This document shows positions 26,151-40,129 of a DNA stretch of 64,000 bases, one piece after another. Below the pieces are notes generated by a model. It was not told the DNA's origin and did not search any database. It saw nothing but the letters and a program-made list of their open reading frames with translations. Source of the stretch: Trichoplax adhaerens (lineage: Eukaryota > Animalia > Placozoa); contig NW_002060946.1 in assembly GCF_000150275.1 (NCBI RefSeq), positions 1,693,454 to 1,757,453 of the forward strand, in the 5' to 3' direction. Both the position numbers and the translations under genes were made by a program. Position 1 is the stretch's first letter; each line of letters begins with the position of its first letter.

Positions 26151-28724
26151 TTAAAATTTGTGACATTGGGACTGTAGGTATACAGTAGCAATTCAACCTT
26201 CTACTACTTCAGATCAGCTTTATTGTTTGTCGTTAGAAATCTAATTAGTGGATAGTAATTAATCCCTAGTATTAGTTAGCAATACAACAGATATACTAAA
26301 TATGATTGGCAAAGGCTGCTACATTCATTTTATACACATGGTTAGTACACAGCCATAGAATAATATAAAACGTACTCGTATGCTTCTATCAGGATTACAA
26401 ACTACTATTGGACATGAAGGTAGAGCTATCAGTACAGACCTACACAATTTTACTTCCGATAGTATTTTCAAATTTTTTCTATATACTCTTACATGAAGAT
26501 TCTTCTGTCACGAAATTAACTACCGTATCGTATCGTTGAATGATTGATCTATCAGTATCATTTACCTTCATCCACCATGAACCATCCCAAAACTATGTGG
26601 TGGAACATTTATCGACTTGATTTATCTATGGAATCAGTCTGCTATCCGGTTATCATGTATTAAATTAAAAGCAATTAATCTTCATTTCAAGTCGTAGCTA
26701 ACATGTTAATCACTCGTATTGCAGGCATAACGAGCCATGATCTTTAACATATCGATCATACAATTGCTATCCAAGGATGATATCACACATATACTACATG
26801 GTAGTTGACCAATAAAATCTTACATTTTCTATCATTTGAAGTAGTACGGAAAACTGGTGTCTTAAAGAGTCTCTCTTCTTTTTTTGAATCATATTCCGTA
26901 GTACGAAGTTTACCTTATACAGTACCGTATAGGATGATATTTCGTTTACCCACTAATCCAATGCTTATAATAATTACAATTTTACAGCCAATGAGTACAC
27001 ACTTCAAATCTTAGTTAAATAATTAAAAAGCAACTTGTCTCAAGTTTCAAGTCTGACAGGTCTATCAAATGGTAATACTATCTGTTAAATGAGCACATTA
27101 TCGTAAACCGTCAGCAAAGCGACAGGAGTTTGCACTAGTACAGTTTATTGATGCGTGTAATAATCATATCCTTCCCTTTAAATATGCAAGGAATCACTAA
27201 GAGTAGATACCATAGAATTTATTTTTAAGAATGGATCAAATAATTCAATCGTGTTAAGTATTTCAAGACTATAATAGTAATACGTTACATACGATCATTA
27301 ACCAATCATACATTATCATTGAATGAAGGTGCACCATAGCAAAAAGACGTATACAGCATAAATTAGAATACAGATAAAACAGAAATTCTTATTAATTCAC
27401 CCCCTTAAATATTCATTTCATTGTAATTTTACAACTATAGTAGTATTACACATACTATTTTAATATTCGTTCATTGAAATCTAGATGCACCCTCGATAAT
27501 AGTTTTAGTATTATATCAACCGTTAGACCGCATTCTGTAGATAGTGCAGTCATACTAAAAATATTACGGTACAAATAGGACAGAAGTAGAACCAATAAAT
27601 TTAAATTCATCGGAGAAAATAGTAAAGAATAATCTGTTGATGCAAAGAAAATAAAGTTGGCCTCTTTAGCGCTGAATATTGACTAGAAAGTAAGATACAC
27701 ACAATGACGATGAAAAGGACCCGCTAGTTCACACCAATCTATCGCCTACATCTATGCGATCAATACAGGAATGGCTATAACGATTAGAACAGTTCTTCTG
27801 ACACAAAATGTAGTTGTACAGTTGCAATTAGTATATTAACGTATCATGTGTAGAGTAAAATCACCAGTATGCCAATTCTTTAATGTCATCGTTGAATAAA
27901 ATGGTGTCGCTGTAATAAACGTAATCATACTACTTATACATGACTGTAGCTAGTATTCTGTAGTAAGACACATTTAGTGAGTTCTACGTACAGTACCTTC
28001 TACTTGGCCAAGCACAAACAACTGATAGGATAGATCTATATTAATGAAATGAAATAATATCCAAGGCAAGCCATATCTTGCATCGCAAAATCGTTATTAT
28101 AGCGATGATGATAGCCGTAAAATGTGATCACTTATTATTAAATGGATATCTTGAGAAAGACTAATAACGTCTTTAAAGAATATCGCGTATACAGTACGCT
28201 ATAGATGTAAGTCAATCCAAAAGTGCGAGAACAAATACTGTCGATACGGCGGCCATCGGCATCATCATTTAGTTCAGTTTTGAGTATACTGTACAGTGGG
28301 TTAAATCATGAATTGACAAACACCACTCTACCCATCCAATCATTCAAACACACGAATAACCAGTAAAATATCAACAGAGCCAAACGATAACGAAGTATTG
28401 AGATGCAGTACATTGTAAGGGTAGGTGTTACTGATAGATAACAATTTTTTAATTATGATAAGAATAACTGATTATAATTATTTATTTTTAATGAAAACCA
28501 AGAGACACGATGTTGCGTCCATTTTCTGTAGTAATGAAAATCTTTCATTGGCTTTCGTACGGATTAAAGTAAAAATGAATAGAATCAAGTGAAATTTATA
28601 TCTGTTGGATCCAATTTTTTGACTACACTTCATCCCAGTCTCGAATTCTTGACTTCATATATTTTGTAACATTGAAAAGACTACTGATAAAGTCTTGATC
28701 ATTTGGATCACAACGTATCGGATT

Positions 28725-29156
28725 TTAGTCAGTGCAAGATTTCACTAGCATGACGATGATAAAAACTGGAGGACAAACCAGACATAATAGAATATATAAT
28801 ATGACGTTATCATCGTTCTTTTCGTGTACAACGATTGTCCGTTGGGCTGGTTGGGCTGCTGGTTGATGAAGGACAACCGAGGAAGATTGAACTGGCGCTG
28901 GGTAAGCCTGCTGTGGTGGTTGTCCGAAAGGATAGCCTTGGCCTGATGGTGGCATGTAACCACTTTGCGGTGGCGGAATACCGTATCCTTGCTGTGGCGG
29001 AACGCCGTATCCTTGCTGTGGTGGAGGATAAGGTTGTGCCATTGGCTGAATACCTATACCCATACCTGGCTTTCCCGATGGATCTGCATAGGGCGGTGGA
29101 GCAGCCACTTGAGGTGGAGGAACAGAATAAGGTTGATATGGTGGTTGTTGAGACAT
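28725..29156 (-). CDS. 143-aa Pro/Gln/Tyr/Gly-rich protein with PPxY motif and C-terminal membrane anchor, paralogue B
   Basis: Likely start is the ATG at 29156 (MSQQPPYQPY, matching MSKQPGYNPY of paralogue A); APPPYA; repeated PPQQGYG(V/I)P; tail VILYILLCLVCPPVFIIVMLVKSCTD. Confidence 0.85.
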   Translation of the reverse strand: MSQQPPYQPYSVPPPQVAAPPPYADPSGKPGMGIGIQPMAQPYPPPQQGYGVPPQQGYGIPPPQSGYMPPSGQGYPFGQPPQQAYPAPVQSSSVVLHQPAAQPAQRTIVVHEKNDDNVILYILLCLVCPPVFIIVMLVKSCTD

Positions 29157-30629
29157 GATGTGGATGAAAGAGAGGATCAATTAATAAAAACGAACTCACT
29201 ACACGCTCCGAAGACGTTCAAGAGATGCGTCTACTGGGACAATATTCCTAGTGAAAGGTCAAGTAGTGTAAAAAAGCGTCGAGCGGTATCACTTCTAGTT
29301 ATTCGTCTTAACACTACCTTAGTACTGTAATCACCCCGTGCAATTTATACTCTTGTATAGTGAGTGCACTCTTCAGCTTATTGCATGCAAAATTTTCAAG
29401 AAAAAATTCGCTCTACTTTCTATCTAAATGGAAATACAGAACAATCAATTTCATTTCGATAGTAACGGACAGACCAATTGCTTTACGTCTCATTTCGACT
29501 GTGCCGTGCCGTACATCTGTGTCGAACTATACTGTACTGTATAATCAATATCAATTTTTTTTTCTGTACTGTACAATATGATTGTTTAGAGCTCTGCTAC
29601 CAGATTGTTCAGTATGATGTCATCGTTCGGTCTATGGTTATTCAGTACATACGTAATGCGCAACTTGCATGCGCAATGTGTCTTGACCACTACTATACTG
29701 TAAAATAAGAGTCTTGTAGAACACCATTGATGATCGATCATCATACAGGCACTTGATACTTGCTAAATCGCTATCGTTTGATTGTCAATCTACGTATAAA
29801 TCTCTCCTACTGTACATTTAAAACTTACCGTAATAATCAATTACGAGTTTCCCAAAATCGAAATAAAGCCTGTTGCAATAAGTGCACTACTTCAGGATTA
29901 TGACCATCTGATGTTTCGAACTTTACCATTATGAAAGTGTCAATCATTCAGCTTGTCTGACATGTATACTGAAATTCACCAGCCAATAATTAATTGAAGA
30001 ACAAAATTTCTACAGTTACTTCTGCTTGCTACAAAAGTTAAACGTCGATCGTATCCCTACCAAACAAGTAAGTTAGTTAAAATAGCTACAAGTATACATT
30101 TTATACTTAATAGTTAGGCTTAGTTATACTGGCAGACTGCAATTCTTAGTTGCATGCAGTCGCCAAATTCCCTGGTATCAAATACAGTCACTATCTACTG
30201 TATATTTCAATCACATTCCTAAAATTTTGTTTGTCAACCATTGACCAGCAAATAATGCTTTATTAACAATATACTCATGTAATAAACGAATAGTCAAGTA
30301 CGCCATCAAGATATCGTACACATGACAGTATCAGTAAGGAGATCATACAAAAACATAAATACATATTAAATTTCCATCAGATAACACTTCATGACCGCTC
30401 AGATGAGTCATTTAGACTATGTATCAACTATTCGTAGTATCATTCGTCGTAGTGCAATTAGCTGCAGAATCAACGATACTTTCTCACTCATATCATCTTT
30501 ATTAATTAATAGGCAATATACAGAAATGATAGATGAATATGAGAAATCTGCAGCTATAGCCATCGGTTATGTACAAGCACAAGTAATCACTCTTTACATT
30601 AGCAAGGCAAAAATTTTTCTACAACCATA

Positions 30630-33600
30630 CTATGTATCATAATTACTATGCAAATCATGATCATCAGCAACGAAAGGAGGATCATCAATGTTACCATTCC
30701 CATTGCTTGATAGAACATTGACACCACGACTATACTTCAATGCCCGTTCAAAAGCATGCATTACGTTCCTTCTCATTGATACTTTGCGACTCTCAGTTAA
30801 CTTTTCATTGTCAAAATCGCTATCAACGCCCAGTGGATGTAATTTATAATAAGGAAGCCATTGCCTAAAGCAAAAATAGAATTATAATGTAAACCATCAT
30901 ATTTACCATGTCTTAGCATTATTTCATCAACATCTTTTCATACCAAGTTCGCCTAACGTCAAAAAACAAAACCAAGTACACCGCTGCAGAGTCTTCGCCG
31001 GTAAGTCTATTTTTTAATACATCAGCAGGAGGGCCTGGAATAGTTATGCCATTATGAACAAAACCACAGTTTGGAGTTGTAGAGTCGATAACCTGATACA
31101 AAGAAATTGTATTTAAAGTCAGTTAGCCCTTTCCCCTTTAATTTATATTGTTACATATTCATGGTATAAGTAAACCTACCAAAGCTGGGTAAGAAGGAAA
31201 TCCTCGACATTTTGCCCAAACCAGGTCAAGGTGACTGTACCGATTCTTGGTAGAATCGTCCATAATTCCGTTTTGCCCGTTTAATTCGACTGTTTCCGAA
31301 GCCGAATCTGCAGTATGATTCTGATGATTAACTATAGCAGTATCTTCGATAGATGGTGACTCGTCCTGACGGCTGTTAGCATCAGGAGAATTATTTACAG
31401 GAATACTATGTTCACATTCATTCATGCCATTACATACAGCATCACCAACTAATGATCCAAGGGTAGAAGAAGGAGGAGTTTCTATACTTACATCCGGTTT
31501 TAAACTTTTCCCTTGCAATTCTTCACCTTGATTACATACATTATTGCCAATCGATTGGTTTAAATGCTTTATGCTAGCATTATCTTCAATCGATTGTCCT
31601 GCAATATCATATTTCAATAAATTAGCATTATCATCGGGATGTGCTACTATTTCTGGGCTTAATAGCCCATTTTCTTGCATAATTCCATTGGTAGCGATTC
31701 TTTTGCTATCTAGTCGATGATTTTCATCCACTGATTTTCGTTTTCTTCGTTTACAGCTACGATCGAAATCTTCTCGGTCACTATTCACCACTCCCATGTC
31801 ATTACTAGTTCTTCGCGCACTTGTAACGGTATTTACCATACCTATGTCGTTACTAGTTCTTCGTGAGTCTGTAGCTGTCTTTCTTACAAGGAATTCATCG
31901 ATTTTAGTCTGCCTCTTAACACCATTATGAAATTGAATACAACTTCCGTTACCATCCGACAACTCTGATTGTATTTTGGCATTACAATTCACTTGTCCTT
32001 TTGTACTCTGAAAATAAAAACAAAATTTTTAAAATAAATTTATCAAATCCACAGATACTATCAACACATGCTTTATTTTTACCTCTTTCAGTTTATTTAA
32101 TTGGCGCCTTGTAGACGCTACTTCTTTTTTGATCTGCTTTATCTTCATAGCTCTAACACCACTATGTTTAATATTTTTAGCACTTCTCATACGTTCGCTC
32201 AAATTTGAAAGTCGCTCTTCTAATATCTTCGTCTGCATGTCATCTAGATGATCTTTAGCTGCTTCTAGCTTGTCAAAATCTGTAACTGAAAAATTAAATT
32301 TATCAAACCAAATACCTCGCAGTATTAATATTTCATACAATATAATAATACAATCTCACAGTATTTACGGTATAATTGCTCCATTTAATACAGTACCTGC
32401 GTCTATAGCTAGATCGAACGGGTTATAGTTCTCCAACTTTAGCTCTTTATGTAATGAACTTAAAGGATCGACAAAATACTCTATTGCACGGCGAACTTCC
32501 TTAAATATAGCCTTGCCGGCTTCCCTCACTTTTACACCCCATTTATAGTAAATTGTATCCGGTTGATTATATGCCAAGCAATTATTTATCATCAAGTAAA
32601 AATCCGACTCGAAATCCACTATACTTTGGTAATGACCACTTTCCAATCGTTTTTCCATAGTCGATAAATCCATAGGGGATTCAATAAAACTCAGATAGTC
32701 TTTTACCTAATTAGCAAAGATCGTAATAGCGTCAAAGATTAATACTCATCTCCCTCATTAAGTAATTTTTACATTAAGAAATTGCTAACCTCTTCTAACG
32801 AAACGGGTTCCGCAAATATTTCGTAGCAATCCCTTTCACGTAGCTGATAAAGGCAACTTTTCAATATGCTATATAGAGGACGAATCCGCATATCTGTGAC
32901 CTTCTGACATAAGCGCATCTAAAGACAGAAAAATGACAAGCACCCATTAAGCCTTAATACACATGCACTATAACTTGATTAAAATTAAAATGGTTTACTA
33001 ATATGAACTGACATAGTCACGTTTCAGCTTCTCTCTCTTCCGAACTAATTCAATTAGCAATCGTGCGCGCTCTAAATCTTGTCTCAAGTGCCTCCAACCT
33101 TGAAGCTGTTCCTTTAAGACAGCAGCTTCATCTGCATTTTTAAACTATTTCACATCAAAGAGAGAGATGATTATTTAAGTATAAGTACTACAACGGAGGA
33201 AAATTTGAGAATTTATAATTACCTAATTTCTACTAGAATCGAATCATGATCACTAATTTATAGAATATAACATCGATAGTTACCTGATGAGCAACACGGT
33301 GTGTGGGATGACTAGCCTGCAATCTTCTTAATAGTGGAACACCATTACGTGATTGACGCTTTAGCATCCAATAATTGATAATCATTTGAATAAATTGAGC
33401 TTTCCGTTGAATGTTAATTTTTGAGCCAAGCTTAGTAATCCTATAATTGTAGTCCATAGAATTAATAATAAATAATCATGATACAACAAAGCTAGTGTAG
33501 TTATCGTGTACAAATTTACTTCATTTTTTCCTTACTAACTTGTGCATGGGTAATCTTGGGATGGAAACTACTGGTACTGAGTTTGATCTACGGTCTCCAG

Positions 33601-35020
33601 TTTTTCTTACATGTTTAATTTTTTGAGTTGAACTTTCAGCATGACTCCCCCCCATAGCAACATGGCCCGGAGGAGAATGAGCATGACAATAAGCTTCCTT
33701 TTTAACGGCAACAACAACTCCATTTTCCTTCAATGGCTCCATTTTCAGATACAGCCCAGCTTGTTGTGCACAAGTAACATGAAAAGCCGTATAACAATTA
33801 GCTTTATAACACTGGATACATGCTCCACTATTACGCTTTTTACATAAATAACATGGCAACTTCCAACGGGCTGCCGGAATTTTTTCTACAGAGTCTATAG
33901 GTTCCAAAAATACTGCGTTAGCGAAGCCAACTTCTGGTATCCAAAGGCCACAAACAACATGGGCCCATCGATTATCATCCGTTTGCTTGAAAGCACCGCC
34001 TTTATTAGGGCAAAATATACAATCTACAGGGCGAGAGGGAGAATTCAAGCAACGACGACAAAGCCACTGACCCTCCGGTATATAAGGAACACCATAGCAT
34101 TCTTGATGTACAGCTAAATTGCACATATCGCAAAATAAAATAGCATTACTGTTTTGGCATTCGCCATCGTTACATATACAACACACAGCATCTTCATCGA
34201 TGTAGGGATGATTATCGCCATTGACACCAGACGATCGACTTTCGAAGTACGATTCCTTCTCAAGCCGATCCATTAAATACTCGAAAATGTCCTCAGAGAT
34301 CAAATTAAGGCCATTACTTTTACGTTGTTCATTGATTAAGTCTAGCCAGTAGTGATCTTCGTCATCTAAATCATATTCAATTTCTTCATCCAATTCTTCA
34401 GATGTTTTCTCTATGAACCGATAGTACGATTGAGGCAAATTGAAATTGCCCTTACAAACCTTTGGATGTTGGATTAGATCAAAAACAGGCTGGGGTAATT
34501 GTTGCAATGATTCTCCACCATAAGCTAAAAAAACCGCAGGCATTTGGTTTTCGTCAACTTTGTTTTCCTTCTCTTGAAGTACTACTCGTAATCGCTGATC
34601 TATAGGGATACGATGGAGTTTGCCTTCTTTCTCTACTTGGACCATTTTCTGCGCTTCCGCATACGTCAAGGTATCTCGACGCGAGGAATAATTATTCTTT
34701 GAATCCGAAGATTTATTTCTGCTATCTTTACCTTTTTTCAATTTACGTCGGCGACCACCTTTCTTTCGACTAGGCAACTTCTCTCCTGATTTAAGTGATT
34801 CGACGCTCTCACAGCCACTAGCAACCTCCAAGCTTGCAGAGTTCTCGAATTTGTCATCAGTATAATCGCTATCATGGTCGACATGTTTCAAATGATAAAC
34901 CAAACCGCACAAACTCCTATAATGACGCTGACAACTATTATAAGGACAGCGATACGGCGGTGGGGTACCACGCAAAGATCTACAGTAAGCTTTATGATCT
35001 AACGTTTCGTCTCTCGTCAT
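30630..35020 (-). CDS. BRPF1: Peregrin/BRPF1-like scaffold of MOZ/HBO1 HAT complexes (C2H2 finger, EPC/EPL1, PZP, bromodomain, PWWP), ~9 exons
   Basis: Exon 35020-33540: CPYNSC...HLKHVDH finger, [73 protein letters not shown]. Later exons: [41 protein letters not shown], bromodomain PMDLSTM...[43 protein letters not shown]; TAG at 30632-30630. Confidence 0.95.
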
Positions 35021-37179
35021 TTTATATTACTTGTAAATTTCACGCTAGCGAGTCCAGATCAACATGACTAAAGGGAAACGATAGAAATGGAGAAAAGAAA
35101 AATTTTCACTTAATTAATTAAATCATGCCGGAACAGTCCCGGTTCACTTATAATCAAAATCTCTTTGTCCCAAAAAGTCAAATCATCAAGTTAAATATGA
35201 AATATTGTACTGTACTTTACAACGAACGTACATACAGTACCTACACTACTGTATTTGTCAATTCGCAATTATCATATGCCGCATGTTAATAAAAAGCAGT
35301 CAGATCAACCCGTCTGTATTCAAATGCTTCAAAGTCTTTATAATCATACACCCTTTCAGATAGTGGGTGATAAATTATAAAGCTTACTCTATTAATAATT
35401 GGAGAGTAAATAGGGGACTTTGGAGATGTTTAGTAAACGGCTAAAAACTTTGGCATTTAAAGTTATAGTGTTTATTTACAAAAAATAAAAATTTTTTGCC
35501 TGGATTATCTAGCCGCAAGGTCCGTAGCCTCCGAACCAGTACTCTTTAGAGCACTGCTCTATGGTGTACAGTATAGCGCTGCACGGATGTTCAGAACTCG
35601 GAAGGCCTGGCATTTGTATGGGTCACGGCAGTTTCATCATGTTACACATGTACAGTACATTGTACAGTACAGTACAATCTACAGTAGCTCTGCACAGTAC
35701 AGTAAGCGCTAAATGTGAACGATCCTTGAACACCGGAACTCGGTAGAAAAATGGAAAAAAAACAGTCAAGATTACATTTAACCTTTAAACCGTATAAAAT
35801 GTCGCAACGGTTATAATTATGTAGCAGGTGTAAGCAAATCCTCGAGCGTATACAGTAGAGTTCAATCAAAAATCACAGGTGTTAATAATCCTTTAATAAA
35901 AATTTTTCCTATGACGACTTTGTTGCACGGAACTGATGAACAGCATCGCTGATTGAAGTACACGTATAAAAATGTCTTGCTATTCATAGAGTTCTAGACA
36001 TTGTGCTAGTGTGCAGCAGTGTAACTAGAAGTTCATAGTTGCGACATTCAAAGTTAAGATGAACAAAATGAAACCCAGTATGTCGTGGAAATATAAAAAT
36101 GTTTCTAATTACTGAGAGCGGATTAGAACCCTGTACAGTACTGTACTGACAGAGACTGGTACTGAGTACAGTACAATAAGTACTGTAGCAAATATGTACA
36201 GTACTGTACAGTATAGTACAGTACACTGTAAATCACGTTAATTCATGCCCATGCTAGCATCAGTATGAACTCAGTATCAGATCATACAGTCCGCGCGTCC
36301 GTACGTATGATACGCAAAGTCTCGTTAATTTCGAATCAGCCATCTTTGCATTCGAGTTCAATAATCGCATCTTGTGATTATAATTAACAGCAAATCAATT
36401 TATCGCTGCGCTGAAAATTGTGTAATGCAGTCAAGAAAATTCAATGTTATGTATTATAGTATATTCAAAATCATCCTACTAATAAAGGCCTATAAAAAAA
36501 CGTCTTAGTTAGCGTGGCGAACAAACGTGTCCGATCTAAAATAGTACAAAGCATAACTACTAAGGCTGTTATTACATGCCGAAATCTTACTCTTAAATTA
36601 GTCCGCTTCACGGCAATAACGCGGCAGGAATTAGCTCACGAAGGAGTGCCGGTACGACAACTTAATTTTCGCATTCGCCTCTTTCCAAAAGTCTACCAGG
36701 TTGAATAAAAGTAAAGAAAAAGGTACATAGCAATAAATTAGAACGTTTTGAAATGTAACAGCGACGGGATTCTACAACGGTATTATCATGGTATTATGCT
36801 ATAACACTATTTTACCAGCTAGCACTATTAGCAGATATAACGATAATTGTCTAAAAGTGGAAATTTCAAAGGACGACTTTCATTTTAAGAAGAGCGTAAA
36901 AGGTAAAGAAATTCAAGGTTCTAAAAGACTTACAATATTTCAATGACCAGACATAGCGGCAAAGAGTACGACAGTGTAGACTCTGTGTACGGTGACAGCA
37001 ACTTTAAGCAATCTTTTAAACACGGCACCACTCGAAATTATTCTAGTAATAATGACTACAGCAAATAATAATAGCCAGCACACGGAGTCACACAAAGAGT
37101 ACCTAGCGGACAGTACAAAGAGCTGTAATAATGGGGACAATGTACGGTACTGAAGCGTTTCAAGCTTTCCACATTTCCT

Positions 37180-37460
37180 AGTGCAGTACTGTTAGTGTGT
37201 TCGTACTACGGTAGTCTACAGTACATTTCCACGGTATAACTTACAGTACAGTAGTACTGTACTGTACAGTGTACTGTACAGTACTCAACTTGGAATTGCA
37301 TTACTGTACACTGTACAGTACAGTGTACAGTACAGTACAGCGGTTCCTTTCATTGAAAGAATGGCCATACAAAGGCATACTGTACAACTATAGACGATAA
37401 CTGTACACTGTAGGAAATAGTGCTACAGTGCACTACAGTGTAATGGTACCGCATGTACGG
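37180..37460. repeat. Mixed-orientation (TACAG/CTGTA)n palindromic low-complexity cluster
   Basis: For example TACAGTACAGTAGTACTGTACTGTACAGTGTACTGTACAGTAC. Similar clusters at ~35640-35705, 36130-36230 and 44010-44110. Confidence 0.8.
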
Positions 37461-40129
37461 TAAGCGAGTCAGTAAAATGCTGTAGCTGTGTTTATGATTT
37501 GCGTTCACGCTTCATTTTGCCGCCAATCCAATTTGGCTAAAAAAAAGTACGACAGTCCTGTACAGTATTATACTCCGAATAAGCCCAAGGCTCTATACTG
37601 TATACTATAGAGTGCTGGATGGATACGTCAATTCGTCATCTTTTCTCAAGTCAAGTGCAGTAATGCTGATGTAGATCAAGCACAGCAGTCAAACAGTGTT
37701 TTTTTCCCATCATTGAAATACAGCTGCGAGCGTCATTTCTGGTGTTTTAATTGTTTTCGTATTGCTATGAAATCATATGACATGACCATCTGCCTTGAAG
37801 CCATTTTACATCATTATTATTCTTGATTATACCTTTGTGGATATTTGAATATCAATGTTCGCCTTACATTTTAGGATTCAATTCAATCTTTATTCACTAG
37901 TTAAGTTCAATTACTTGTATCTTTCTTACAGCCATAGTAAATCTCGCATTCTCACAGACTAACTTGATTTGACGTTGTATTAGTTTTAAAGACTGTTACA
38001 GGTACAACGATGTTGTAAGTTATTAGACGTACATCAAGTTGTTACATTCATTTCCACTCAACGTTGACGTTGAAAGCTTCATCCCCCCCCCGTCACACAC
38101 GTTACACGTTATACTGTACAACGATCATCCATCTTTTGTATCCGTTAATTACCTATTGATATGTTGATATGCATCACCTGTCGCCACGATCATCATTGGT
38201 GAATTCTTATGCCATGGCGGGCAAATGAATGAATTAAGTAACGATGTTTGATTATACAAATCACTGGAAAATGCAAGAGTAACGCATCATTTTTTAGTGA
38301 AAAAATCGTGATAAATCGCTGTTTAAGATTGCAATTTATTTCCTGACGTTAGACTTGATGAGCAAAAGAATTCTGACACATACGGCAGTACTGTACAACG
38401 TTTTATTTTCTTTAATTTCTACTTTGTAATCAATCTACACTTTACAGTCAAGGTACGTTAAGAACTGCAGTGAAATGGCTTGTCAATGGCGCTATTCGTC
38501 ATTAAAAAGATGTGCGTCAGCCACAAGCTAACATTACGACCACAATTGGAGCGGAAGCCCGTTACCAACTATCGAAATAAGATTCGATAGAAAGGAAGCA
38601 TGCATAAGCCTTAAAATGAGATGAAGCTGAAGGATAAGGCCTCCCGTAATATTAAATCGATTATTGGTATTATTATCGACTTTTACATGGTAATGAGTCC
38701 GTCTGAAATAATCTTGGAGTAATTTAATAAAAAATCATGGACTCGTAACTGATTGCAAGTTTCCCCAAGTAAACGGGTTGATCACAAACTAGATTCACTT
38801 GTGCGTGTTGGATGTATAGTACTGGATATATTTGTTAAGATTGGAGACTAGAAATACAAATTATTCATATTTACAGTACTTACAGTTAATACCAATAATT
38901 ACAGTACAATTCTCATTAAGGGCAATGAATTAATTACACATTATTTAAAATACCATCCACAAACCGTCCGCGTTAAACAGTGTTATTACATTGTGCATTC
39001 TGGCCGCTCCTAATGTACTACACTCATTGTTGTTAAGAATGAATACTACAGATGCAGCAATGACAGCGAAATGTGCATCTATTGTGAATGGTAACTTATC
39101 AAACATCGCAGCTACACCAATTACAGTATGGATTATTTCATATAAGATAGATCAAAACAGTTTCAATTTTATGGTATACGTACATTAGTAGCAATAAATG
39201 ACGATCGATTTCACCAAAAAATCAACCGCCAACTTGCATCAGCACATGAGTCCTAAGGAAATTTTAAATCTTATTTTTGCTTAGCTACTAAAGTGCTGTC
39301 ATATTGTAAATAATCTCTGAAATCTTTTTATCACATTGTATGCGACTATAAATCAACCTGAAAGAGTTAAATAAAAGTATCAGTTGTTTACGTATAAACA
39401 AGATGTAATCTATTTCAAAGTTGTTAAATTTCTATTGGAATAGAAATATTTTATACTTATAGTATTGCCATATCTTTCGTCGACGCGTATAGTAGTAGTA
39501 ACCTAAAAGTACTCGTATTTAGAATATTTAAGAGTAGCCTTACTGTAGTTTGAATGGAAATTCACAGTTATTGTTAAACAACAGTAATAATTTATAACAG
39601 TTTAGTCTCAATTGTGACCACATGAGATGTTTACATCCGGTACACTACAGTAGTCCAATAGTAACACATAGGAAATGTATCGGAGTACGTATATTAGAAT
39701 TTCGTGTTATAGAGATGGCGATCAAAAATGTTTATTTGATAAAAAGTACAAGGAATCTGTATTTTAGTTTTATAAAAAGATAATACACTAAAAATCATAG
39801 ATATTACCAAATTCAGATAAAATGCCCTTGTACTTCTCATTACATTCAAATGTTTAGCCAAAATTTATCAGAAAATATCAATTTATCCGCGGATAAATAC
39901 AACCGCTACTAAATCCTATAATTATAATTTACTGCATACGAGGTCTTCATTGATTAATAATTGCTTTTCATTTCTGTACAATTACTACGGTGTATGAATT
40001 GAGCCATACCATTAAGCAAACACCAACCATAGTATATAACATGGTATAAAGTGCAGTTATCAAGATTGTTATTACCAACAAACAAAGTTGTTTCGATAAG
40101 TTACCTTCAATAATAATATAATAATTATG

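Noticed and set aside
28745-29330. Four extra ORFs overlapping paralogue B (and 23164-23424 over paralogue A)
   Set aside because: Shadow frames of Pro/Gln codon repeats; only the Pro-rich frame is conserved between the two paralogues.
35400-35560. snRNA/RNase MRP-like words (Sm-like AATTTTTTG plus hairpin; AAAGTCCCC on the - strand)
   Set aside because: No U5 loop GCCTTTTAC and no MRP CR-V partner; the matches are too short.
35933-35958. Hammerhead-like CTGATGA-stem(CAGC/GCTG)-GAAG
   Set aside because: The core needs GAAA immediately after stem II, and no stems I/III or NUH cleavage site were found.
37561-37610. Tc2/pogo-like TIR start (TACAGTATTATACTCCGAATAAGCCC)
   Set aside because: No matching second TIR or transposase remnant was found.
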